Origin: Basidioascus undulatus
Lineage: Eukaryota
Direction: 5' to 3'
Length of the DNA: 34,632 nucleotides
Assembly: GCA_000826855.1 (NCBI GenBank)
Contig: JTLS01000073.1
Coordinates: 1 to 34,632 of the forward strand
Shown here: in pieces, positions 13,154-28,700 of the stretch
Layout of the letters: each line of letters begins with the position of its first letter
Position numbering within the stretch: position 1 is the first letter of the stretch
The notes under the pieces: generated by a model
What the model was told of the DNA's origin: nothing
Databases searched by the model: none
Seen by the model: only the letters and a program-made list of their open reading frames with translations
Program-made: the position numbers and the translations under genes

Positions 13154-13394
13154 GGGCTGGAGCCTGGGAAGGAAATAGGGACTCTGATGGACAATCGACT
13201 AGATGTGAACGGTGTTTGCTGATTGTTGCGGGAATTTGGCGGCTACACACCTCGTGTACCTCTCGCTTTCGCTCACTCACTCACGCGCAGGCCATCACTT
13301 CCGTAGCCCGCCAGCTGACATCACAGCGTCCAATGTCTCGTCTCTAACACCCATCTCGTCTCTAGGAATCATCTCGATCCCCTTCCCCTCCAAA

Positions 13395-15008
13395 TCAAAC
13401 CGGCACAGCCACCGCCTGAACCTTCTCCTTGACGACCTCCACACCAGGCGCCACATTCTCCTTGTCCTCCTCCTCATCCTTCCCGCTCGCCAGACCCTCC
13501 TGCTGCTTCTCCGCACGCTCCCACTCCGCACGCTCCCACGCGGCCCAGTCAGGCTGCTTCACCGTCGTCACATCGATCGCCTTGCTCGGCTCCTTGGTGT
13601 CAGCACGCCGCGTAGTAGGCGTCCAGCGCGACGGCGTCCTCGAACAGCCTGCGATACGTAACAGGATCAGCATGTAACCAGTAGAACGAAGCTACCGGTG
13701 AAACTCACGTCAGTCGTTTCGCCCTCTGGACTGTCAGTCAGCGTGCAATTTGGAAACCCTCGACCTTAAGGTGGACCAGCTTACCGAGCTTGAGACCAAG
13801 TTGCCGACGAGTCCAGGAATGTGCTAAGGCAACTCCCTCCATCAGATGGTCGAATGCGGGCACATACTAGGGAAGAATCTTACCGCCATCACAGCCGATC
13901 ACGTACTTCGCGTGCACAATCTCTCGTGTGCCAACTGGGGCATGCGGAAGGTACGGAACATCGTCCTTGGCGTCTTTCATAAGATTCGATCTGCATCATG
14001 AAACTGTTAGCCTCAAGCTACATTGTCAATATATGAGGCGAGACGGACCTGAACAGGCTGTCTTGAAGCTTTCCGTCCGGGGTTACCTGTGAAGCACACG
14101 TTAGCAAAGGTATTAAAGAAAGTAACAGCATATTAAGTTATACACCGTATTCGGCGTCGCCTCCTCCTCGCTGAGCTGTCTGACTGCAGCGTAACTGGGA
14201 AGGCCGCCGGATCGGCGATCTGGTCCTCAGCGATGTGCAGCGTCTCGGCACGCCCCCCTCTACCGTGATCCTTCCGCTGGAGTTTTCCTGTGCTGCCACA
14301 TCAGCATTGGTCCATCCAAGCGCCCTGGAAGCAGCTCTTACCTGAATTGCGTCAAGAACCGCTCGACTCGCTGAAACTGGCCATCAGCCTCGATTCGCTA
14401 CGCTTCCCACACTTCAACGCTTCAACGAGTCAGGCACGTACTTCTTGATTGATGGCAGATAGCTGGAAAGGAGAGCCACTATCGGTGCAAAGTCTTGTCG
14501 TCTCTGAGCTTCAGCAAATAACGCGCGGGACGATATCGGTGGCCCGCTTCGTGCGCTGCAATCGACCGTCCGGCCCAGGATTCCAGAAGGTGACCTCTGA
14601 GTACGAGAACGTCAGTTGATAGTCGAGGGGACTTCGTTCCTCATAAACCTACCTTCGTTGGCATTGACTGATACAAACTTGTCAGTTTTTGCCTCAGTGC
14701 TTCTTTCATGCCAGCGTACATTCGGGCAATATCTTCTGCGCCAAGCCGAAGATTTCGAGGATCTCGAAATGCGCTGCTTGAGACCGTCTGCCTGCCCAGT
14801 AAAGAAAGAGCTTGATTGACCGCTTGTCGATAACTCGAACGCTTATTCCGCGTTCGGCAAAACGCGAGAGCCACAAGGCAGCCATCAGTCCGGACGGTCC
14901 GGCGCCCTAGCGCAGAAAGAAAATGAGTGAGCGATGGACCTTGCAACGGCTCGAGGCAAGCTATGCATAACTTACGATGATCCAAACGTCAACGTGAGTC
15001 TCCTTCAT
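13395..15008 (-). pseudogene. Phenol 2-monooxygenase paralog pseudogene with a large internal deletion
   Basis: Reads [87 protein letters not shown], then jumps to a C-terminal segment LFEDAVALDAYY..QPDW. Frameshifts near 14800, 14768, 14353 and ~13600. Confidence 0.88.
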
Positions 15009-15967
15009 GTTGACTCGTGGGAGAGGTTTAGGATACGGTTTGTTTGGATGAGCGATCAGGACCGTGTGTGAGAACGATGGGTGGTGGTAAGATGAAGTCC
15101 CCTCGCACCTCATCTTTGCAATAAGCTGGGAAGCCCGTTGAAGGCACAGCGCAGGTGAAACGTGTCCGTGCGTACGAGCTGTGCTTTAGAAGATGTGTCA
15201 GAAGACGGAAGGGGCAAGAACCTTGCCCACAGCGCTGCGCATGAAGGTGACCTTCTTCTGCTCGCCCCTTTCTTCGTTGCCAAAGCAGACTTTTACCTCT
15301 CTAAGCATCGCACAACAATAAGAAGTACTCAGCCCGCTTCATACTCCCTGGAGCCTTCCGCGAACACCGCGTATGTGATGCAATGGGCGTCGTTATTTAG
15401 GGAAGCGGCCCCAGGCTGCCAACGGGAATACTGGTCTCCTCGAAACTGATCAGTGACGACGGGAGTTTCAGCCTGCAACACATACGATTCCACTGTATTG
15501 CTCATGCTTACTACCGCTTGAGAAAAATATGGCAGATACTTTTCGCGAGCTGGGCAACCAAGTGTCAATCGCAAGCACCCGCCGGAACACCTGCGAAGGC
15601 GGTTCTAGCTCGGAAGGACCTTCCAAAGTTCGAAGACCCACATTATCACATTGATTGATCGTGCGCAGGGACTGGCGAAGTGATCCGTATTCTCCCGAAT
15701 AGGGCAAGCGGCCAGCCTGAAGGGACCAGAATGCGAAATAGTTCAGGCACTCTGTCGCAAGTTAGTCATGTTCGGATACACGCCGTTGCGATGCGGGAAA
15801 CGACGACGGAGCTGTCAGGGACACAATCACGCGCGTCGGCAAGAGAAGAGTTTGCTTGATTCGAAATCGAAAGATGCATGCGATTGAAATGCGGAAACAA
15901 ATAGTAACAACACGGAATGAGAAATGCAGAAAAGAAGGGAGCCCAAGCAAATTTGCGATGCCGCCGC

Positions 15968-18900
15968 TCACTGCAGGCCGAGCAGACACATCAGCTTTGA
16001 ACGCCTTCAAGTGCTCCCGATGAAGACGTACCGCAACGTAGGAGTATGTCCCGGTCTCGCCGGCGACGCGCTCGATGTACTCCTTCTCCAGTAGCGCCTC
16101 TATCGCCTACACGTGGGATAAAGAGCGGGTGAGCTTCAGCAAAGAGCTTGGAGGCGGGAGAGTGCGGCGAACCTTCTTGATGTCCGACACTTTGGGCGTG
16201 AAGCGCGCCTGCACGATCGTGATGACCTCCTGGATGAGGGCCTGGTGCTTGAGGGTCTGTGGGATATATGATGTGAGCCCGGATCGCCGTTCCTCTGCGA
16301 AAAAGATAGCGCCGACGACATACCTTGCGCGCCTTCATGACACTGGACGAGTGGGAGAAGCGTCAGCAAGCCGTTCACGAAATGAAGGCCGCGCAGTCCC
16401 CGCGTCGAAACGTCAGTAGAAAGACTCACCGAACAATCGCAGCCTGGATCTGGAATTTGCGGTCCTCGTCGACGTTCTTGAGCACCTCGCTCGACTCGGC
16501 CTTCTGCTCCGACTTCATCGGCTGGTTGAGGTTGACGCGGACCTTCTTCGACTTGAAGTCTGAAGACAACCAGGTCGTGTGAGCAACCGGCCCCGATTGC
16601 GACGCAAAGGGTAAGACGTACTGAAGTTGAGGTCGTACGTGTCCTCGTCCTGCAGGAGGACCTTGGCCTTGACGAGCATCTGGAGGACCGGCTTGAGGGA
16701 CTGGTCGCTCATGTTCGTCGCTGCCTTGATCTCGTCGTACGTCAGGCTGTCGTTGTTGTTGTACTGAACTAGGATCGCCATCTGGAACGTGCTCGTCATG
16801 AAGATGAGCTTCTGCGACAGGTACCCCGTCCTGAGCTCGTTCTTCGACAGGTGCCAGAGCCACGTGAGCTTGCGGCCGCTGCAGTTGACATACATTGCGT
16901 CAGCAACGAGCGCGGCACGATGCGCGAGAGAAGAATAACAAACGAGTGCTTGTTCTGGTAGAAGCGCGTAAAGCGCTCGTACGTCGGGAGCACCTCGGCG
17001 GGGATGTTGAAGTCGGTCGGGGGCGGTTGCAGAGGCCAGAAGTTCGTGCCGAGGACCATGACGCTGAAGTCGACTGCGCACACCACCCGGATGTCAGCCC
17101 ACCATCTCCGCCCTTGAATAAGCAATGTCAAGACTCACCGCCAAGCTCGCTCGCGTCGTGGGTCTGCTTCATCTTCTCCGAGAACTGGTCCGTAAGCTCC
17201 TTGCTCAAGCTGACGTCTACGAGCAATCCAGGCAATGTCAGCCACGAGCATCTCGCTAGAGATGCAAGAGACGAACCGGTGAACATGCGCTGGAGCTTGT
17301 TGGTGTACTCGAAACCGCACGCGTCCTTGAGCTTGGAGATCATGCTCGACTCCCCGTCGTCGGATGCGGACGTCCCGTTGACGAGACGCTTGGCGAGCAT
17401 CTTAGAGTAAAACTTCTGGAAGACGTCCTTGTCCTCGATGTACTTGAACAGGATCATCTGCACAGGGTGCCAACCCACACGCGTGAGAAACCGTCCTGAT
17501 GCTGCAAAGTCTGGCGAAGACGAAGCGAACGTACGACTTGGTTGAGCGCATCCTCGAGCTCAGCCTCCTCCGTCTGCTTGTTGCTTTTCTTCAGCAGCGC
17601 GTCCGTGTGCTTGGCGATGAGCTCGGGCGACTTGGAGCCGTTCGTGCCAGTCGCAGCGTTGCGGTTGACGAACTCGCGGCACGCCTGTCCATCCACTCGT
17701 TAGTTGCAATGCAGGGTGCGCTTCCGAGAATGCGAACGCACCTTGTCCAAGCTCGCGACGAAGCCAGACTCGCCGCGGAACGCGCGCTGAACGGTCTCCG
17801 AGCACTTCTTGTGCACCTCGAGCAGCGCGTCCACGTATGCCTTCGGCTCCTAGAGTCCTCGCCACGGTATCAGAATTATCCCTGGTTTTCGAGCTACGCG
17901 ATGAAAACGCACCAAGTCCGAGCCGGCCGCGCCCTTCTCCTTCGTCGCCGCGCCGTTGACCTTCTCGACCGCAGCAAGCCCGGTACGCTTGACGTGCTCC
18001 TCGAACTTCTTCCGGAGCGCGTCGAGGCCGTTGATGCGGGCGAGGAGAGCGTACATCCGCTGCAGGTCTGAACAACCAAACCTGATCGTCGGTGACAGCT
18101 TGAGTCTCCGGTACGAACAGCCAACGCACCCTCCTCCTTGTCGTAGTCAAGCAGCGATTGGAACTCCTCCTTCATGATCTCCATGTGGTCGGCGATGAGC
18201 ACCTTCTCGCACGCCGCGATGAGCTGTCACCCGTTCCACTAGTCAGTATCCGCCGAACAGTTCCCACAGCCGCGAAGGCCAACGCACCGTCTTCCGCGTG
18301 CTCGCATGCAGGTACACGTCCACGCGAGCCTCCTCCTCCCTGAGCCTCTCCTCCGCGCGCTTGAGGTAGTCCGACACCGAGTTGGAAGCGACGAACGCCT
18401 CCGACTCCGTCTTGTAGTAGAGCTCGGTCGCGGCAATGAAAGGCTTCTCGAAGTGCTCCTTATAGACGTCTAGATTCTGCTTGCTCGAGTCGGACTCGTC
18501 GAGGCCGAGGGAGACGAGCGACTCGACGACCTTCTTGACGAGGCCCGTCTCGATCGTCTCGCCGTTCCGCTGCTTCTCGATCTGCCGGAGCAGCGCGGAA
18601 GCGAGCTTGGTGTCCTTCTCCTGGACCGGCAGGAAGAAGTTCGTCTTCCATTGAACGAGCGAGAGCTATGCGGCACCGGAGACAGGTCAGCAACTCTCGA
18701 CGGCAACTACGCAGAGGGGCGTGCGCGGATGAGGCGTACTGTGTAGACGTTGTAAACGTTCTTGCGGCCCTCGTCCTTCTCCCGCTTGACCCAGTGACGG
18801 TTTAGGTACGTGAACAGCCGGTTCACGTACGACCCGCCCGTCGTGTACCGATCCCACTCCGCCGCGTAGTACTGGAGGAGTGCGAGATCGTGCAGGGGGT

Positions 18901-19795
18901 CGGACGCCTGTGTATTATGCTCTGGTTAGCCAGGCAAGCTTTCCATGCGACTACGGAAGAGACGGGTGCGCACCTCCTTGACTTCGCGGAGGTGAGCAGT
19001 GAAGTACTTGATCAAGTTGTTGTACAAGTCCGAGCCCATCAGGTTCGCTCCAGCGGCTGTTGAATGGCGATTGAGTCACAAGCCGAGGGTAAATCCGAAG
19101 TACGCAATTAAAAGAGCGAAGGGGATGAGCAACGAACGCGTGGACGAAGTCGCGTCACGGCGACCACGTGCGAGGGAGATGCGAAACCGCGAGCGATCAC
19201 CGGAAAGGTGCGAGATGAGCAGGCACGAAGCGAGGTTAGGATGACATAGGGGATCAAGCGGTCAAGTCGAAAAAGATAAGTTGTGCGAGGGGAAGGGGGC
19301 AAAAGCAGCACGGTTAGCGCCGTTGGTCCGTTTGAGTGAGGAGAAAGGACGCACTCCTCCCGGTTCCCAGCGGCTCACTACCCCCGTGCATCCTGCTGCT
19401 CGTGCAGTACTGCGGCCATCGCATGTCAGAATCAAGAGAGAGGTCGTGGTAAGACCGAAATGCTAACGTTGTAGGCCGTCGTGTACCTGCCGCACAGAGT
19501 CAGCTCTACCCTCTGTTGGCGTCAAACGGAGGGAAGACATACAGCGCCATGTACTTGGAGTAGCTCATTCCCTCCTTCAGTCTGCGCATTGCTCCCAAGT
19601 CAGCCGCGGCGCCTTCCGAGCGCATCATCCAGAAGCCCCTCGCCCGCACCGCCAGGCTGCGAACACTCACCGCGTCATGATGTGGTCCACGCCCTCCTCC
19701 AAGAAAGTCCACGTCGCCTTCAAGTCGTTCGCGGGAGGAACAGCGATGTTTTCGCCCGCCGGCGCGGGCGCCGCGGGCTTGCTGGTCCAGGACAT
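15968..19795 (-). CDS. CUL1: Cullin-1 (SCF scaffold), many exons
   Basis: [131 protein letters not shown] (neddylation site) and terminal YSYVA. Confidence 0.96.
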
Positions 19796-21375
19796 GGCAG
19801 TAGGGCGCGGCGGATATGCGGGCGAAGAGTTGGCTGTCACGCAGAGGCGACGGCGTCAGTAACGGGCGTGGACAATGAAAGAGGACGCTTGGTAGTTGGC
19901 AGCAACCTCCGCCCATAAGGACTGCTCCGGCGACCCTCATGAAGTCTGACCCAGGCTCAAGCACGGCTCTGTGGTCACGAAGGTGCCCAGTAGGCGAGGA
20001 AGTGGCGACAGAGCCGCCGGACAGCCGCGCCCCGACGAACAACTTGGACCGATAGTCTGCATCCCCCTCCCATACACAAACTCCGCGCATCCTCCCGCTG
20101 TCCCTCTCCAAAACCTCGAAAGAAGCCAGCGGGTGACGGTCGCCGCTGCTCCTCGCGGCAAGCCTCGACTTGATCATGACACGCCGGGCAAAGGGTCCCG
20201 ATACCCACCTTCACAATCAGGCGAGCTCGTCCGGGATTACAGACGGTCGTACGCTCAGTATAAGAGAATTAAAGAACGCCCCCGGCAGCGTTTGGCGGAA
20301 GTCGTGTGAGGGGACGCGGTGGTTGAGGGCAGGGATGCGGTGCAAGAGGGCGCGCAGGCGAGAGACCGCGACCGGCGTTACGGGTGACGTCTCGCGACAG
20401 CTTGACACTTACATCTCACAAGTTTCATCTTTCGCCCGGCATGTCAAGTTTGTATGCAGCGTTTCTTCTACATAAAGTTCTGTGAGAAGTACTGGAGACC
20501 AATACGAGGACAACTGGTCCGACGTTGGCTTGTGCAATCTTGTGCTCGCTGCTTCAAGTTGTTCCCGTGGCAGCAGGACCTCGAAACGAAAAAGTCCAGA
20601 TGTCAATAAGCAGGTCATTCGACTACCATGCTCTGATATGTGTGTTCAAATGTTTTGTGATTCATATTGCAGATTAACGGCTGAGGCTGGGCCATGACGC
20701 TTCAGTCATGTTGACAGCTACCACTCAGAATGTGCACAGCGAAACTCCTCCACGCGCGCTGTGTACGACCAAAGGCCGAATGCAAGCTACAACTGCTTAA
20801 GCAAACAGAAAACTCAGAAGGCCTCCGCACATAAACGTTTTTATTTCAGCTAGCATCGGCTGGAAGAGAGACGCTCGTTGAGTTCTCAAGCGACCTGCTG
20901 TCGCAACTGCGTGGCTCGGAAGTCACATTATACCTGTACCTAGCCTTCAAATGTCCTTCATTCTTAGAGCAAATTGCCGAAGCGGTCTTTATGTACACTT
21001 CCGGGGGTGGTTCCGTGATTTTTTATGTCAGTATGCCCGCACCCGTCGCTGCTAGCAGACATCAGGCTGCGCGTGCAAGTGACACAGGTCTGGCGGAGAG
21101 GCATTTTTAGGACGGATCGCAATCAATCCACTCAAAAACTCAGATGTCACCATAACCAGCATCAGACGGAATGCACGCCAAGTTCCGTGTGGATCTTTCA
21201 GCTTCGTACTGCCCACGCGCAGTGCAAGGTATAACACTGTGGTATCATCACATTCAGGCTGCTCGGCAGCGCATTTCGCATCGCACCAAAAGAAAATCGA
21301 AAATCCCAACAAAGAAAACGAAAGAATCCTCGGTCCATCAGCAGCTTCGTGCTCCAGCCGTCTGCAGCACGCCAC

Positions 21376-25209
<3,834 letters not shown>

Positions 25210-28148
25210 GTTGTATCGATGATAATGGGATAACTGGGGTGATTATGTGGGTATTACACGTCGAGAAGGAGAGAGATGGTCAAGAGAGAAGGCAGGACGC
25301 AGCTGCCCAAGTATACGCCAAACTGCTTGGAAGTGGAGGCGGTCGTACTGCCCCTGCTCTCCCAAGCGTGGCCCCGCCCGGGGCCTCTCGGACCAGGAAG
25401 GTTCAAGGATCAAACAGCCAAGTGCGCCTGCCCTGCAATATCCCCGCCATAAATTCGCCGCTGCGGTGTTCAACGCCCGTGCACACAATCCGTGAACTCT
25501 TACCGGTCCAGCGATCTAAGCACAGCGAGCACCGATGCAAAGGCTGCTTATGCAGGCTGGCGAGTTGCTCACGAGGCATTTCTTCATTTCAGAAGGTTTG
25601 TTAGCCGACCAATTGGCAGGATGGCGCGATCGGCAATTCAAGAGGTCTCCGTCACGCAGACGCCAACATTCCCATCGAAAAGTGCGTCGCCTTGGGTGGG
25701 GTGATACTCTCAGCAGACCATGGATACTTTCCACATCCTGCCGCTTTGGAAACAATGCATCCTTGCATGCCAAAATCGATTACAGAGGAAAGTCCCTCTG
25801 TTTAAAACAGAGCGTCCCCCGACCACTGCTACCACTGCTTACATTGAAACAGACCCGTTGACCCATTTCCGGACACTGCATTGACCCGCCTTCAACCCTA
25901 CATTATGCTTAGGGTGGTAACTATAAAAGGGTCCAACTCACTGGCCTTAGTTGAAACGGTTCTCCGCCGGAATTGCATGGTTAAGTGACTTGGATGACCT
26001 GGCAGAATGGTAACGGAATCAGCTCTTCATCCATAGCAGAATTTTATGTGACGTCCATTTCGGGATATGAGTGTATGCCACACATCAAATGTACTTTTAA
26101 GGTCCACGAAGTACCTTTGCCGGGCCTGCCTATTTCTCGCAGAGATAGATTATCAGCTCGCAGCACGATTCGGGCCACAGAACCCCACCGCCCGACCCAA
26201 CTCTCTGGCTGATACAGAAATGCCAGGAACGACGCTGAATCTTGATTACCAATGAGTTCTGAGCGCGAGGGTCAAGTGACCAAGGGCACAGGGTCTTTCA
26301 GGCTCCAATTCCAGAAGGGCCGGAAGACGCTGCCCGACGATTGTGGCTTCAGAGCTCTGTTCAAGTTGGCAGCAAACCTCCAGAACCCTGCCAGTCATCC
26401 AACCACCTTTTCGAATCAACGACCTAATGCGAACAGCTTTGAAATTTTATAGCGATGTTGTCATTTTCTTTCAATGGAAGTGGCTGCAATCGGGGCGAAA
26501 AATCAGAATGTGTGCCGAGCACCTCCCTCCACTTGAAACCTTGAAAGCCAGCTGCGAACTGAGGCGCTCACACAAGCTGGCTCGCTCCGGTGTGCAAGAT
26601 GCCGACCACAAATCGCTCCCTTGAAGTCTGTAAGATGAATGCCATGCAGAACCTCCGAGAAACGGGAGTCGGGGACTCGGGGATACGCGTCGTGCTCGTC
26701 AGGGCCCTGCGGACTGGTGGGCGACTGGGTGTTTGCCAGCAGTGTCCTGACTGACCTGTGCTTGTGCAGCTGATGTCGGGGCATTCGGAATTGACCGAAT
26801 CTTCCGATATTCAACATGTTTCTCCAACAGGGAACGTCTCAGGCAAATTTGGGACAAGAGGTTTCCACAACTAGCGAAGGACGCGAGCCAGCATTATGAG
26901 AGGACGGGAGTCCTGCGGAAGACCTCGCCTTAGAGTAGTAGTTCTGTACTGCTGCATAAACATGAATGGAGGACATCAACTGCAGGGAGAGCGTGCGATG
27001 GTTGAGGGGCTTACCATGTTCATTCGATGTTATTGGCCAACAGCTCCATGCAGCGCCGGTCTAAGGATCGACTTGCCTGTGAAAGGAAACGGCATCAGCG
27101 GAACCGGTAGTGCGATGTGGACGATCGTTCCAGTTCGCTGGCGTTGATCTGGCCAAAGTAGAGTGGCATACTCATATTGATCATTCTGGCTCCCACTGAG
27201 CTCGAGGAATAACTACTTCTTATTTCGCATACCCGACCGAACCTCCCGTTCAGACGCCCGTGTAGTCTGATAAACCAAGGCTGTCCCGCTACATCGGCAT
27301 TTGATTACTACCATTCTAGCCAATATCAGTCCATAATAGCAAGTATTAAACTACAGGTTCACTTGAGCCTGCGTATTGCCAACACGATATGTCAAATTGG
27401 ACTTCCAGAGACAACAACTCCGTCATCCAAGTGACCAAGTGCCGCCCGCTTGGCGGGTAGAGAATCTTGAAATAATACAAGTGCGACATACCGGAAAGAA
27501 CCTTTCCAAAACCAGCCGTATCAGAGGATGGAGAGGCCGCGAAGCTCGGATCGCCGAGCAGGAGGTGCTGATCGTCCCCGCCGACTTGCTAAGGACTCTC
27601 CCTCCCCTCGTCCCAAGGCTCATCATTGTTCGTTTCAAATGTTTCGAAATAACCTGAAATTGAAGACTAGAATACCAAACAATATGGACATGGAGCGATT
27701 GGCGATAAGAGGCCCAACTCATGCAAATGTCGGGAACGCGGCCGATGCTTTAAACCGATTGAACTGGTCAAAGCCGGCCCAATCTGTTAAAAAAGTGTAA
27801 ACTTATCACATTCACCGATTATCATTCTATACGGCGGCTGGGACCGCACCAAGGCAAGCAGGCAACGTTGTCTTGCAAAACTGACAGCGCAGGCTGGCTA
27901 GCCGCACGGCTTGAGCAGAGGTGAAGCACAACTATTCTATATTAAATCAAATAAACTTTTTTCATGACCCGTCTGACCCTTAACAATCGCTCAAAAACCA
28001 CCATCCAGAAGGCTCAACGCTACAGGTGAGCAAGCACTCCGTCAAAGGGAGCCACCGCGCTTAAAAGAGGACCACTTGCACGTACTTCACGAAGCACCTT
28101 CCAAAATCAAATCTTCATCTCTATCTACTGGCCTAAGCTCGGGACAAC

Positions 28149-28494
28149 GGTGTTTACCGGTCAGGCGGACGACCTGCAGTACTGCCGGACTCTGGAGACA
28201 CTCAAGTCTTTCGGCCTGGCCGACCAGATCCTTGCGGACACGTCGCCGTGTTGCTTCTAGGGGGTATGAGACAAACGTATTCTTCAATATCATTTATCTC
28301 TTTCATTTACGTTCGCCACCACTTCTGTGCCTCACTTCCCGCGACACGCCCTCGCTACCGCCCTCGCCGCTGCCTCATCGCACGGTCTTCCGTCCCTGTT
28401 ATCAGAGGCAAACCAGGTGGGCTCTCACATCGATCCCTAGGTCGTAATCAGCCAATACTGACAACATCTCTTGGGTGATAATATATGGACGAAA
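28149..28494 (+). repeat. Inverted, diverged copy of 24657-25002 (monooxygenase exon 2 end, intron 2, 11-nt micro-exon, intron 3, start of exon 4)
   Basis: Base-by-base match with the reverse complement of 24657-25002, e.g. ctcaagtctttcggcctggccgaccagatccttgcgg, cgttcgccaccacttctgtgcctcact and cagccaatactgacaacatctcttgggtg. The introns are included in the copy. Confidence 0.95.
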
Positions 28495-28700
28495 GTTGTG
28501 CACAATTGCGGTACTGTTGCTGCACTTTTTGGCGACGCCGGCAGGGAGTGCCTGCCGATCGAACTGATATTGTAAAGGAAGGCGGGCCTCGCCTCGTCCG
28601 TCAGCCTCGTTGTCGTCTTATCATCCACCGCTCCTCTCCCTCAAATTTCTCCTTTCCAATCTCAACAGTTCCACTCTCACAGACATACCGATATTCCCTA

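Noticed and set aside
13511..13540. 15-nt tandem repeat encoding WERAE-WERAE
   Set aside because: A simple local duplication in the low-complexity tail of a pseudogene.
11975..15008. COQ5 next to a flavin aromatic hydroxylase as a ubiquinone biosynthesis cluster
   Set aside because: The neighbouring hydroxylase is a pseudogene of the phenol 2-monooxygenase type, not Coq6/UbiH-like, and neither paralog has a mitochondrial presequence. Adjacency alone is weak evidence.
19506..20177. 223-aa minus-strand ORF overlapping the CUL1 5' end
   Set aside because: No recognisable motif, and it crosses CUL1 exon 1 and its intron in another frame. Probably a GC-rich chance ORF.
20885..20945. KRP(A)CRNCVARKSHYTCT resembling half of a Zn2Cys6 domain
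   Set aside because: It needs a frameshift, the first half of the motif was not found, and it is too short to distinguish from chance.
28149..28494. Inverted arms as transposon terminal inverted repeats or a RIP target
   Set aside because: One arm is an integral part of a host gene, no transposase or target-site duplication is visible, and the differences are mixed rather than directional C-to-T.
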